Positions 26,255 to 35,695 of a stretch of 44,717 bases of DNA are shown piece by piece. The DNA is from Fidelibacterota bacterium TCS56. GTDB lineage: Bacteria > Fidelibacterota > Marinisomatia > Marinisomatales > TCS56. Location of the stretch: positions 1 to 44,717 of the forward strand of contig LSCG01000003.1 in NCBI GenBank assembly GCA_001577055.1, written 5' to 3'. A model generated the notes under the pieces. It had not been told where the DNA came from, did no database searches, and was given only the letters and a program-made list of their open reading frames with translations. Numbering within the stretch: position 1 is the stretch's first letter; every line of letters begins with the position of its first letter. A program made the translations under genes and the position numbers.

Positions 26255-27844
26255 ATGCGCTTATCTAGCAGTCTTTTATCCGTTCTCACGGGGGTGCTGC
26301 TAATCTCCGGCCTGGCGCAGGCGGGTGTTTTCGTGTCCCAACAACACGAAGTCTATCGGTTGATTGACTACCTGGTAACCAGCGGAGTAATTGCCGATCC
26401 GCCCGACCAGCGGCCGTTTGATTCCCAGCGGGTGGTGGAGATGCTGCAACAGGCACGGCCCGCGATAGCTTCACCGGCGATAATCCGGCGGATTGACCGC
26501 TACCTGGCCGAATTGGATTATTCGCGTCCACCGACAGATGACAGGTTTACCGTCTGGCGCTATGACTACCGTCTGGAGCGGGAATTGATCACGGTCTATC
26601 CCCTGTTTCGCAGTCAATTCAATCTGCTGCAGCATGATATACCCCAGACCCGGGCCGATTTCGGATTAAATATCCAGGGGCAGTTAAGTCCGCTGCTGTC
26701 ATTCAAATCAGAGATCGTATTCACGACCCTGATCGGCAACCCTGATATCAGCAAAATCTATGCTTTCGAAGAATCGCGGTCTACGTTTCTGACCGGTAGC
26801 CACGCCTTTTTTCCCCATTCCAAAGATACGCGCTTTAACAGCTCGCGGCTGTCGCTGAATTTCCGCAATGGTTTTGTGGCTGTGGGCAATGATCGCCATC
26901 AGTGGGGTCCCGGCCGCAGCGGCAATCTGCTGATCGCGCTGGACGACTACCCGCTGCCCAATATCGCTTTAGGTTTTAATATCGGTAAAGTGCGTTACAC
27001 CCAGATTTACGGAATTCTGGATAAATTATATCCAATAACGGTCGATCAACGAAAAACCTTCGTCGGCGACCAGCGTCAGATTGCCGCCCATCGCCTGGAA
27101 TTCCACCTGTCGCCCCGCCTGCAATGCAGCATCAGCGAGGCCATGGTTTTCAATCACCAACTGCCCCTCAGCTATATCAACCCCCTGTATCCATTTGCCA
27201 TCAGCGAGATCGACGGCGGCGATGCCGATAATAATCTGGCTGCTCTGGATATTTCCTTCCGTCCCCGAAAAAACACGCGCCTGTATGGAGAATGGATGGT
27301 AGATGATTTCAACTTCAACGAAAATCCTTTTACCTATTGGGGCAATAAATGGTCCTTGCTGGCGGGCTGGCAGCAGTCTGATCCGCTGGGCCTGACCGGT
27401 TCGTGGCTGACGGTGGAATATATTCGCCTCGAACCGTGGGTTTACACCCACCGCGATTCTACCAATCTCTATGAATATTACGGCCAGTCCCTTGGCTATA
27501 ACCTGGAACCTAACAGTCACCAGGTGGTGGTCAATTATAACTGGTTAATGCACGATAACTGGGAATTTCAGGCCGGGTTCCGCCTGCGCCAGCACGGGCC
27601 TGGCGATCGCCGCTTCGGTGTTCCTTTTGGCTATGATGAGAAAAAGGTCTTCCTGGGTGATGATTACGAAACCTGGTATCAAATCCATCTGGAGATCAGC
27701 CGAGTATTTTTCCGGGGATTTCGCTGGCGGATCCGCTGCTGGCAGGAAAGCTACCGGAACCGTCGCGTGGACAATACCTTTGATCAATTCGGCGGGGATG
27801 GCAGTTATATCGGCCTGCGATTATCGGTGGAGTTGAATTATTAA
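26255..27844 (+). CDS. Capsule-assembly Wzi-like outer-membrane protein
   Basis: The signal peptide MRLSSSLLSVLTGVLLISGLAQA starts at ATG 26255; the track ORF starts earlier, inside the GT2 gene. ..VGNDRHQWGPGRSGNLLIALDDYPLPNI.. resembles the Wzi family signature, and the C-terminus is beta-rich. The family call is from memory. Confidence 0.55.
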   Translation: MRLSSSLLSVLTGVLLISGLAQAGVFVSQQHEVYRLIDYLVTSGVIADPPDQRPFDSQRVVEMLQQARPAIASPAIIRRIDRYLAELDYSRPPTDDRFTVWRYDYRLERELITVYPLFRSQFNLLQHDIPQTRADFGLNIQGQLSPLLSFKSEIVFTTLIGNPDISKIYAFEESRSTFLTGSHAFFPHSKDTRFNSSRLSLNFRNGFVAVGNDRHQWGPGRSGNLLIALDDYPLPNIALGFNIGKVRYTQIYGILDKLYPITVDQRKTFVGDQRQIAAHRLEFHLSPRLQCSISEAMVFNHQLPLSYINPLYPFAISEIDGGDADNNLAALDISFRPRKNTRLYGEWMVDDFNFNENPFTYWGNKWSLLAGWQQSDPLGLTGSWLTVEYIRLEPWVYTHRDSTNLYEYYGQSLGYNLEPNSHQVVVNYNWLMHDNWEFQAGFRLRQHGPGDRRFGVPFGYDEKKVFLGDDYETWYQIHLEISRVFFRGFRWRIRCWQESYRNRRVDNTFDQFGGDGSYIGLRLSVELNY

Positions 27845-27848
27845 TATC

Positions 27849-28559
27849 GTGTTAAATGTTCGTCTACTCTTTATTCTGGGGTTATTAATAACCTTCAGCC
27901 CCGCACAGGACAAATACCAAATCACAATCTTCGGCTTCCCTTGCGTGGATGTAACCATGGATACCGATTCGCCCGGTACCATTGATTTTACCACCCGCAC
28001 CGTCGGACTGGTTGATATAATCTGGCCGGTGGATAACACCTATTCCACCAAATATGATCCCGCCACTTTCGCGGTTGTGGATTATGAACGAAAAATCAAG
28101 CAGGGATCCCATAAGCAGACGGTTTCCTTCACACGACAGGTGGATACCAATCTACTGGAATACGGTAATGATGAGGCGGTTGAACGGCCGGCGGACGTTC
28201 AGACCGTTTTTACCATGCTGGCGCGGGCGGTACTGCAGGATAAGGCGATATTCGACACCCAGTGGTACCCGCTGGAACACGAAGGTCGTCAGTATCAAAC
28301 CCGGTTACTGTGGGCCGGCGAAGTGGATGAGCCGATCGGTGGTCGCGATATCACCTGCGATTTCTACCGGCTGGACCTGGTACCTGTGCAAAAGGCAGAT
28401 GTTGCCATAATCGATGGGTCTGATTATTTTTCAGAGCACATTATCCACCCGGATGCGGTGCGTCAAATCTGGGTGACTGATGGCGACAGGAAAAAAATTG
28501 TGAAAGCCGCCGTTAAGATCTACGGGATTAGCGTGGTGGCCGAATTAATCGATGAGTAA
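27849..28559 (+). CDS. Secreted hypothetical protein, possibly DUF3108-like
   Basis: GTG start with signal peptide MLNVRLLFILGLLITFSPAQ, located 4 nt after the Wzi-like gene. The domain call rests on general resemblance only. Confidence 0.45.
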   Translation: MLNVRLLFILGLLITFSPAQDKYQITIFGFPCVDVTMDTDSPGTIDFTTRTVGLVDIIWPVDNTYSTKYDPATFAVVDYERKIKQGSHKQTVSFTRQVDTNLLEYGNDEAVERPADVQTVFTMLARAVLQDKAIFDTQWYPLEHEGRQYQTRLLWAGEVDEPIGGRDITCDFYRLDLVPVQKADVAIIDGSDYFSEHIIHPDAVRQIWVTDGDRKKIVKAAVKIYGISVVAELIDE

Positions 28560-28932
28560 ATCATTTTTCTACAGTTACCGCAAAAGCCTGCTACTGTGGG
28601 CCGGAATTCTGATTATAGTTATTATCGCCCTGCTGCTGGGTGTTGATCAGAAAATTGTAGTATTCGGTACGGTAGTGGTTGGTCTTTTCACTCAGGCTTT
28701 CGCCGGTCTGGGCGCTATCATCGCCATGATTCCCTTCGTAGGGCCATTAATTGTCAAGGTCCTGACCATCCCCTTTTTCTGGATGCTGAACGGTATGGTT
28801 TATATGGTATCGATTCTGGCAATCCGCAAAGGCTACGGCAAGGAAGTAGTCAATTCGCGGGTGGTTACGCTGGCGCTGCTGGTGGGAACGGTAATCGGCT
28901 ATATTCTGGGGCACCTGTTGCCCCTGCGTTGA
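28552..28932 (+). CDS. Small integral membrane protein (3-4 TM helices), function unknown
   Basis: 126 aa and hydrophobic throughout. It overlaps the upstream gene by 8 nt. Confidence 0.5.
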   Translation: MSKSFFYSYRKSLLLWAGILIIVIIALLLGVDQKIVVFGTVVVGLFTQAFAGLGAIIAMIPFVGPLIVKVLTIPFFWMLNGMVYMVSILAIRKGYGKEVVNSRVVTLALLVGTVIGYILGHLLPLR

Positions 28933-28935
28933 TCG

Positions 28936-29622
28936 TTACCGATCTGAATCTTTAAATACACGATCCTTGATACCCCGGTTGATGCGATAGCGGGAAAATT
29001 CCATAATCATCTGGCCACCGGTGGGGATATCCTCCGCCTGCTCCGATGGCGGTGACCGACGGCGGTCCTGATGACTATGCTCCATGGCGGCGATGGCCGC
29101 TGGCGATATCTGCAAATCGACTACCGTTCGCACCGGCATATAATATTTCTTTTCCACCTGTTCGTATTCAATATTTACGGTCATGACATCCAGGGTATCC
29201 ATCCGGGTCTTCACCCGCCGGATCACGAATTCATCTCTGTCAATCCACACCGTGGAAATCAAGGTCCGATCACCCTGCTGCCGTTCACCGGCCACCTGCC
29301 AGCACCTAAACTCGGCTACGGAATCCGCCGGCAAAAAGCGGATATCGGTGAGACTGTCCAGCACTGCTGCCACATTAAGACCCTGGCGCGGGACAATGGC
29401 AAAACCGTCCGCTTCCACTTTCAATTTATCGGGCTGCTTGAAATACAGGTTAATGGTCTTGCGCGGCATGCGGAATTTGGGCAGTTCCACCTTCAGTTTG
29501 ATCCGCACCGAATAATCTTCGATGGCGGCAAAGCGGGCCGAAACGCTGTCCACCAGGGATTCAACTGTGGGTTGCCCCGGTACCCACCCAACAATCAGCA
29601 ATAACAGGAAATATGTCTTCAT
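28936..29622 (-). CDS. LolA-like / outer-membrane lipoprotein-sorting-type periplasmic protein
   Basis: 228 aa. After the signal peptide it reads ..LVDSVSARFAAIEDYSVRIKLKVELPKF.., a LolA-fold-like N-terminus. A 4-nt ATGA overlap links it to the ABC permease gene. Confidence 0.5.
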   Translation of the reverse strand: MKTYFLLLLIVGWVPGQPTVESLVDSVSARFAAIEDYSVRIKLKVELPKFRMPRKTINLYFKQPDKLKVEADGFAIVPRQGLNVAAVLDSLTDIRFLPADSVAEFRCWQVAGERQQGDRTLISTVWIDRDEFVIRRVKTRMDTLDVMTVNIEYEQVEKKYYMPVRTVVDLQISPAAIAAMEHSHQDRRRSPPSEQAEDIPTGGQMIMEFSRYRINRGIKDRVFKDSDR

Positions 29623-30455
29623 GTGAGTATATCCTTGCGATTAAAAACAACAACGGCAATGATTGCAAATACCAGCGAATGTCCCAGCAGGATCGCCAGG
29701 CCGGAAATGATTTCACCCCAGGGAATCGGGTCATGGAAGGCCTGCTGCCAGATATTGAAATAGGTGGTAAACGACCAGGGACGCAGGGCATCGAAGAAAT
29801 CGATGGGGATATTGGTGATCGCCAGGCCGACAAACATAATTGACATGGTCCCGATGATGGGGCCGATTCCATTATTGACCAGGGCGCTGAACATAAAACA
29901 CAGACTGGCCACCACCAGCAGATTCACAAAGGAAAAGGCAAATCCCAAAAGAAAGCGCCAGAAAGCATCGGCGGCAGAGTACAGTATAATTCCATCGTGA
30001 ACCACCGCCAGGTCGCCCTGGCCCAGCCAGATCGTACCCAGGCCCAGACTCATCAACGCAAAGAACACGATCACCATCAGCGTGTAAAGATAAGTGGCGA
30101 TTAATTTGGCCAGGATGATTCGCAGCCGGGAAACGGGACGGATCAGATAAATACGGTAGGTACCGCCAGCGCCTTCCCCCGCCACAATATCCCCGGCCAG
30201 TAAAGTGATTAAAAACGGAATATGGATCCACAGGAAATTCATGGTGATATAAGTGGCCATAAAGCCGTTTACCAGAGTGCCTACAAACAGAAACTGGTCG
30301 CCGAACTGCTGCTCGATATCGCGCTGCATGTGTCCACCGCCGACGCTGAAACCCCATAATACCAGCGGCAGCAAAACCAGGATAGCGGCAAAACTGATGT
30401 AGGTGCGATACTTGCTGAAAGCCTTGATCAGTTCGTTGTAAATCAGGGCGGTCAT
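29619..30455 (-). CDS. ABC-2 type transporter permease
   Basis: 278 aa with six predicted TM segments. It is translationally coupled on both sides. Confidence 0.75.
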   Translation of the reverse strand: MTALIYNELIKAFSKYRTYISFAAILVLLPLVLWGFSVGGGHMQRDIEQQFGDQFLFVGTLVNGFMATYITMNFLWIHIPFLITLLAGDIVAGEGAGGTYRIYLIRPVSRLRIILAKLIATYLYTLMVIVFFALMSLGLGTIWLGQGDLAVVHDGIILYSAADAFWRFLLGFAFSFVNLLVVASLCFMFSALVNNGIGPIIGTMSIMFVGLAITNIPIDFFDALRPWSFTTYFNIWQQAFHDPIPWGEIISGLAILLGHSLVFAIIAVVVFNRKDILT

Positions 30456-31363
30456 TCAGTCAGCCCTGCGGTTAAAGCCAGAAAATAATCTTCCAGTGAA
30501 GTACGGGGGATTACCGCCAACACCGCCACCCGGGCCGCCGTCAGGCGCCGTATCACACCCGGGATGGCTTCACGGCTGGCTGCCACCTTTATACTGTCAC
30601 CGGATACATCGGTTGGCCGGGTATCAAGTTCGGCGCTGATGATACTCAGGGCTTTTTCCAATGGCCGTACCCGGATTTCAAAAATGATTTTGCCACTTTC
30701 ACCCAGTAATTCAGCCACGGTGCCGGCGCGGATCAGCCGCCCATGGTCAATCACGGCCACATGGGTGCACATCTGCTCAACTTCGTGCAGAATATGGGAG
30801 GATAGAAAAACGGTCATATTTTCCTCGCGGGCCAGGCGTAGAATCAAATGCCGCATATCGCGGATACCGGCGGGATCCAGCGTGGAGGTGGGCTCATCCA
30901 GGATCAATACCCGGGGCTGCCCCAGGATGGCCTGGGCGATACCCAGACGCTGGCGCATGCCACGGGAGTAAGCCTTGACGCGATCATCGGCGCGGGCCGT
31001 TAATCCTACCGTTGTCAGCACCTGTGCGATGCGCTCCGCCGAAATACCGCCGTTCAGGCGCCCCAGGATTTCCAGGTTGGTCCGGGCCGAAAGGTTGGCG
31101 TAAAAATCAGGGTCTTCGATAAAGGCACCGACCTCATTTAGGGCCTGATTGCGTAATCGATTAACAGAATTTCCCAGGATGCTGATTGTACCCGTTTCCG
31201 GCTTCACCAATCCCAACAGCATCCGGATAGTGGTGGATTTCCCGGCGCCATTGGGTCCCAGAAAACCATAGATTGAGCCGGCCGGCACCGCCAGCGACAG
31301 ATCAATTACACTGCGGATATTCCCGAAGGATTTGGATAGACCGCTGGTTTCTATGACATTCAT
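30452..31363 (-). CDS. ABC transporter ATP-binding protein
   Basis: It has Walker A GPNGAGKSTT, an ABC-signature-region YSRGMRQRL, Walker B LILDEPT and the H-loop SSHILHE. Confidence 0.95.
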   Translation of the reverse strand: MNVIETSGLSKSFGNIRSVIDLSLAVPAGSIYGFLGPNGAGKSTTIRMLLGLVKPETGTISILGNSVNRLRNQALNEVGAFIEDPDFYANLSARTNLEILGRLNGGISAERIAQVLTTVGLTARADDRVKAYSRGMRQRLGIAQAILGQPRVLILDEPTSTLDPAGIRDMRHLILRLAREENMTVFLSSHILHEVEQMCTHVAVIDHGRLIRAGTVAELLGESGKIIFEIRVRPLEKALSIISAELDTRPTDVSGDSIKVAASREAIPGVIRRLTAARVAVLAVIPRTSLEDYFLALTAGLTE

Positions 31364-31468
31364 CTGAAAAGATAGGCTGACACAATGATAGTAAATTTAA
31401 CGGGAGCAGAAAAAACTAACTATCAGAGAATTTTACCACCCAAGGCAATGATTGGCTAATTTCCGGGT

Positions 31469-31909
31469 ATGAAAATTATCATCCTGCAGGGACCAAATCT
31501 AAATTTGATCGGTGTGCGGTCGGCGCAAACAGGCCGGCGAACCACACTGGATAAAATTAATCGTGACTTACGGCGAACGGCACACGAACTGGCGGTGGAT
31601 ATCACCATATTGCAGACCCACCGTATTGATAAAGCCATAACTTTTATCCAGCGCAACCGCAATACGGCCGATGGCCTCCTGTTGGCGCCCATGTCCTGGG
31701 CACGCCATGAACTTACTTTGCTGGAAACCCTCCGGCTGGTTAACCTGCCTATGGTGGAAGTGCTGCTATCCCGGGATTTCGACTTCGGGCCAGCGGCCGG
31801 AGAATCCAACTATTCAGCCTTTTGTGCCGCCACCATTATAGGCGATCCGGAGACAGTATTTTCGGCGGGTCTCCAGCATTTAACACAGGTATTCAACGCC
31901 GATAGATAA
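31469..31909 (+). CDS. Type II 3-dehydroquinase (AroQ)-like protein with substituted catalytic residues
   Basis: The N-terminus MKIIILQGPNLNLIG is canonical AroQ. Downstream motifs read SAQTG (versus P.iYG), LLAPMSWARH (versus iiNpgAyTHTS) and VEVLLSR (versus VEVHlSN). Confidence 0.6.
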   Translation: MKIIILQGPNLNLIGVRSAQTGRRTTLDKINRDLRRTAHELAVDITILQTHRIDKAITFIQRNRNTADGLLLAPMSWARHELTLLETLRLVNLPMVEVLLSRDFDFGPAAGESNYSAFCAATIIGDPETVFSAGLQHLTQVFNADR

Positions 31910-31949
31910 GGTGTGGGAAGGGTAAATCTGCGCCCGTATACCGGGTAGA

Positions 31950-33212
31950 CTACTGCTTGGTATTTAGCTTGATTGTATGATTTAGCAACAAACGATTAAC
32001 TATCACATCATCAGTGATAGTTTTATCATTCTCTTTCTTAGTTTTAAAGAATTTATCGGCCAAGAACTGCATTTCATGCAGTTCCAATTCATCTTCAAAA
32101 CTGGACAGATCCACCTGCTTCTGCTCCAGTGCCCGATCTATTACCAGGCTTCGCGTAATAATATCATTGACAGCACGATATAATATGTACGGTGTATGCA
32201 CCGACATCCTGGCAATTGCACCGTGGAGATAACTGCGTTCAAGAACCCACTTCAGGTCCACTGACTGAGAACCGATTCTGGCTAATTCTTTCTCAAAAAC
32301 CACCCCTTCCAGCTTCTGGAGTGGATATTTCTCTTTAGACTGCCTGTCAGCTTCGATCATTTCAAACAGATCGGCCAGGTTCTGATACCGCAGCTCAACA
32401 TCGTGCTCCCTAAATAGACGGTCAGCCAGTTTGCGCATTTCATCATCGACAAACCCATACCCGCCCCTGGTAAGTTTTGCATTTATTTCCGCATATTCGG
32501 CTGTTGTATCAAAATCTGCTACTGGCATTTCTTCCCCAATCCATAATAAATGATAGCCGTATTGGGATTTTATTGGACCCGTAAGACCCCCAACTCCAGT
32601 AGCCCAGGCAGCATCCAATACATTTTTAGGCAAATCCTGGTAAGGAATAAATCCATAACTCCCACCTTTTATCTCCATGGAGGGTATTTCAGTGTAAATC
32701 GTTACCGCATCACCGAATCTAATCTCCTGTGATGAAACGCGGTGACGGGCTTTTTCAGCGCGCACCAAGGCTTGCTCCGGCATTCGATCAGAACGGTAAC
32801 CACTGGAAAAATAATGAGTAAATAATATTTCCTTGACTTTCTTTTTGACCTTTCGCTTCAAGAGAATGTCACGTTTAACACTATCGGTAGCCTGTTCTCT
32901 GATATGAGCGTCCATCACCGATTTGATTATCAGATCATTAGTTTTGTTTTCAAGAAAGCCTTCCAATGCGTTAGCATCATATTTATCCCCCAATTTATCG
33001 GCCGCCAGCTGAAGCGTGGCAAATCTTCTGGCAATACGATACTGTTTATCAGGAGAGAGCTGATAGTATTCACTGGAATCAATAAAGGTAAAAAACAGCT
33101 GATTATTTACCGGCTGCCCGTCAATTAAAACTGGTGAATCCGAGTTGAACAACCCACAACTCACGAGCAGGGACACAACCAGCAATGCAAGGGTAGATTT
33201 TTGAATATTCAT
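31950..33212 (-). CDS. Parvulin-type peptidyl-prolyl isomerase (SurA/PrsA-like), probable lipoprotein
   Basis: MNIQKSTLALLVVSLLVSCG contains a lipobox, and GPIKSQYGYHLLWI is a parvulin signature. ATG 33212 is preferred over the track's TTG at 33227. Confidence 0.8.
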   Translation of the reverse strand: MNIQKSTLALLVVSLLVSCGLFNSDSPVLIDGQPVNNQLFFTFIDSSEYYQLSPDKQYRIARRFATLQLAADKLGDKYDANALEGFLENKTNDLIIKSVMDAHIREQATDSVKRDILLKRKVKKKVKEILFTHYFSSGYRSDRMPEQALVRAEKARHRVSSQEIRFGDAVTIYTEIPSMEIKGGSYGFIPYQDLPKNVLDAAWATGVGGLTGPIKSQYGYHLLWIGEEMPVADFDTTAEYAEINAKLTRGGYGFVDDEMRKLADRLFREHDVELRYQNLADLFEMIEADRQSKEKYPLQKLEGVVFEKELARIGSQSVDLKWVLERSYLHGAIARMSVHTPYILYRAVNDIITRSLVIDRALEQKQVDLSSFEDELELHEMQFLADKFFKTKKENDKTITDDVIVNRLLLNHTIKLNTKQ

Positions 33213-33221
33213 AGTCAAATA

Positions 33222-33256
33222 TAACAAAAGGGCGACGTGATAGTCGCCCTTTTGTT
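33222..33256 (-). terminator. Rho-independent-type hairpin after the 787-aa gene, ending 14 nt before the PPIase start codon
   Basis: aaaaGGGCGACgtgataGTCGCCCtttt followed by a U-rich tail on the minus strand. It is near-identical in design to the 5648-5677 hairpin. Confidence 0.7.
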
Positions 33257-33278
33257 TGGTTAAAACTCAACCGATTGA

Positions 33279-35642
33279 TTATTTCAACAACATCATTTTA
33301 CCGGTTAAGGATCTGCCTTCAGATTTCACCTGATACAGATACATACCGGAAGCAACCATCTGTCCAAAGTCGTTCGTACCAGACCAGGTAACAGTTTGGT
33401 CACCGGCATTCTGATGACCGTTGTGAATAGTAGCAATCTTCTGTCCCAAGAGTGAATAGACCGATACAGTTACCGAGCTGCTAACATCCAGTGTGTAGCT
33501 GATATTAGTAGTGGGGTTGAACGGATTCGGGTAATTCCCTTTCAGGGCAAATTCAGTCGGTGTGTTCAGATTATTATCATCAACACCCACGCCGCCATTG
33601 GCACCGAAATGGGTCATTGCCAGACGGAAGGGGCTGACTTCATAATAATCATAGTCGTAGGCACCAACCCAGTATGCAGCACCAGTGGAATAATCCCTTG
33701 CATACAATGACATGATATCAAAAGAGAAGAATGCGGCATTACTGGTTCCATACGTGCCATAGATACCGGTGGTGTAGGTAGTAGTACCGTCAGGATCACC
33801 AGTGGTTACATCCACTGCACCATCAAGACCTTCATAAGCCACGGTGGCGCCGGTTCCGGCATCGATTCCGTCCAGCCAGTTGGAATGGCCCGGATCATAA
33901 TTCGGATCATAATCCAGCACACAGGAACTGTCTGTCAGGAAAGTGGCCATCGGTCCACCAATATCATCACCAGCAACAGGTGTCAGACGCGAGACGGCGT
34001 CGGCAGCACCGTTGATATCGGGATAATAATGAGCAATACCAATATCTTCGGCAAAATCGCCGGCCGGTATTGCCACATCACCACTCCAGCCATAACGGGT
34101 GCCCAGCCATTCGTCACCTTCGACAACATAGGTTTTGTTGCCAGCGGCGAACCAGGGCTGCAAGGCAGCATCACTATCCCAGCTGGGGTATTCATATGAG
34201 GTAATCTCCAGAATTACGTCATAATTCCCTACCAGATCGGCGGTGATGTTTCCGTAAGAGGCATCCCAGATATCAAAGATACCGTCAACATCACATTCCC
34301 AAGCGAAATAGCAATAGGGAACGTAAAGCATGTTGCCATAAAGCGGCGTGGTATTATTGAAGATCAGGTAATCCCCATCTTCAGCCAGGAAGATGTAGTA
34401 GGATTTCTTTGGCGTTGTAGTGGCATTACCATTCACGTCAGTACCTTCGACCCAGTAGTAAACCATAGTACCGGCAGCCTGACCCGGAATCTGGCCTGAC
34501 CAGCGATCGCCGTCGGCGGTCATGGCTACATCATTGATGGCCGCAGTCGTGGAGTCGAGTTGATATTTCAGGACGACATTATCAACACCGGCATCACCGC
34601 CACTGGGGTTATCATCATAAGCATCGATGTAGTAATCGATAGGATCTTCAGAAACGGTGGTAACCAAAGTTTCTTCTTCACCATAGGTCGGGCCACGGTC
34701 ACCGGTCAGTAATACTGCCAGGTCAAAACCGAAGACCCAATTGCGAATATGCCAACCACCGCTGCCAGAGGTTCCTCCGCAGCCAGCGTAGAATTTCAAA
34801 GCGACCCAGGGGTCGTTCAGACCCAGCGGTTCACCATCTACGTACCAGAAACCGGTCGCATGATCAGCACCACCGCCATCACCGGAGAAGAATACCAGAA
34901 CACCAACCCAGGTACCGCCTTCAACGAAGGGTTCAGTACCGAAGTCGGAAGTAGCAAGCCAGTTGGGTATTATTTCATCGGCACTGCCTGGATTGTTGGT
35001 CGGGTCCAGTGTGGGAGCCACAAATCCATCCGGCCAGATCAATCCCTGTAACGGTAACCCGGGGGGTCCGAACGGGGAGTCTTCCTGTCCCAGCGGGTCG
35101 GCCGCATATTCAGCCACATCACTGGCACCACCGGCACATTCCGGCGGAGTTCCCGGAGGTGTATAGATCTCACCATCGAAGACCATGGCGCCGGAGTCGG
35201 CCATCATATCATAGCCGCCAATCCAACCAACACCATTCACAATGTCAAGGGGATAGCGGATTGGATCGCCGTTTGCATCGATACCATAGGGATAGGTCAA
35301 TTCATAAAGAGCGACCGTCATTTGCTGATCGCCTGTTCCCCATTCCACAATTGGTACGTTTACACCTTTAATATATCCGTCGGCGGGCATCTGGAAAGCC
35401 ACAATCATCGCATCGCCGGGCGACTGGACGAACTGGGTATTCCAGGTATCGGTATAGCTCATTGTATCGGCTACATCCCGATTGTTGTAAGCAGCCCGAG
35501 TAACAACAGTGGGCGTTCCTTTGCTTGACCGGAAGTCAAGGCCTGTTGTATTCGACTTATTAATCTCGATAATATTCCCTGCCATCAAAGACCAACTTGT
35601 CAGCAGCAATATACCGAGAACAATTAGCGCTCGTTTACTCAT
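33279..35642 (-). CDS. Large secreted hypothetical protein with a T9SS type-A C-terminal sorting domain
   Basis: 787 aa with signal peptide MSKRALIVLGILLLTSWSLMA. The C-terminus is YPNPFNPTTNISYTL..VSVYSLLGQKI..SGMYLYQVKS..KMMLLK. I recognise no catalytic motif. Confidence 0.75.
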   Translation of the reverse strand: MSKRALIVLGILLLTSWSLMAGNIIEINKSNTTGLDFRSSKGTPTVVTRAAYNNRDVADTMSYTDTWNTQFVQSPGDAMIVAFQMPADGYIKGVNVPIVEWGTGDQQMTVALYELTYPYGIDANGDPIRYPLDIVNGVGWIGGYDMMADSGAMVFDGEIYTPPGTPPECAGGASDVAEYAADPLGQEDSPFGPPGLPLQGLIWPDGFVAPTLDPTNNPGSADEIIPNWLATSDFGTEPFVEGGTWVGVLVFFSGDGGGADHATGFWYVDGEPLGLNDPWVALKFYAGCGGTSGSGGWHIRNWVFGFDLAVLLTGDRGPTYGEEETLVTTVSEDPIDYYIDAYDDNPSGGDAGVDNVVLKYQLDSTTAAINDVAMTADGDRWSGQIPGQAAGTMVYYWVEGTDVNGNATTTPKKSYYIFLAEDGDYLIFNNTTPLYGNMLYVPYCYFAWECDVDGIFDIWDASYGNITADLVGNYDVILEITSYEYPSWDSDAALQPWFAAGNKTYVVEGDEWLGTRYGWSGDVAIPAGDFAEDIGIAHYYPDINGAADAVSRLTPVAGDDIGGPMATFLTDSSCVLDYDPNYDPGHSNWLDGIDAGTGATVAYEGLDGAVDVTTGDPDGTTTYTTGIYGTYGTSNAAFFSFDIMSLYARDYSTGAAYWVGAYDYDYYEVSPFRLAMTHFGANGGVGVDDNNLNTPTEFALKGNYPNPFNPTTNISYTLDVSSSVTVSVYSLLGQKIATIHNGHQNAGDQTVTWSGTNDFGQMVASGMYLYQVKSEGRSLTGKMMLLK

Positions 35643-35695
35643 TGTTTCTCCTTTTTCCTTTCATGAAAGAAAGCTGATTGTAAGACCTCTCGTTT

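Noticed and set aside
31386-31425. A 7-bp inverted repeat TGATAGT-N26-ACTATCA in the divergent ABC/aroQ-like promoter region, as a possible operator.
   Set aside because: It is only 7 bp with a long spacer, in AT-rich DNA. That is within chance expectation, and no regulator gene is adjacent.
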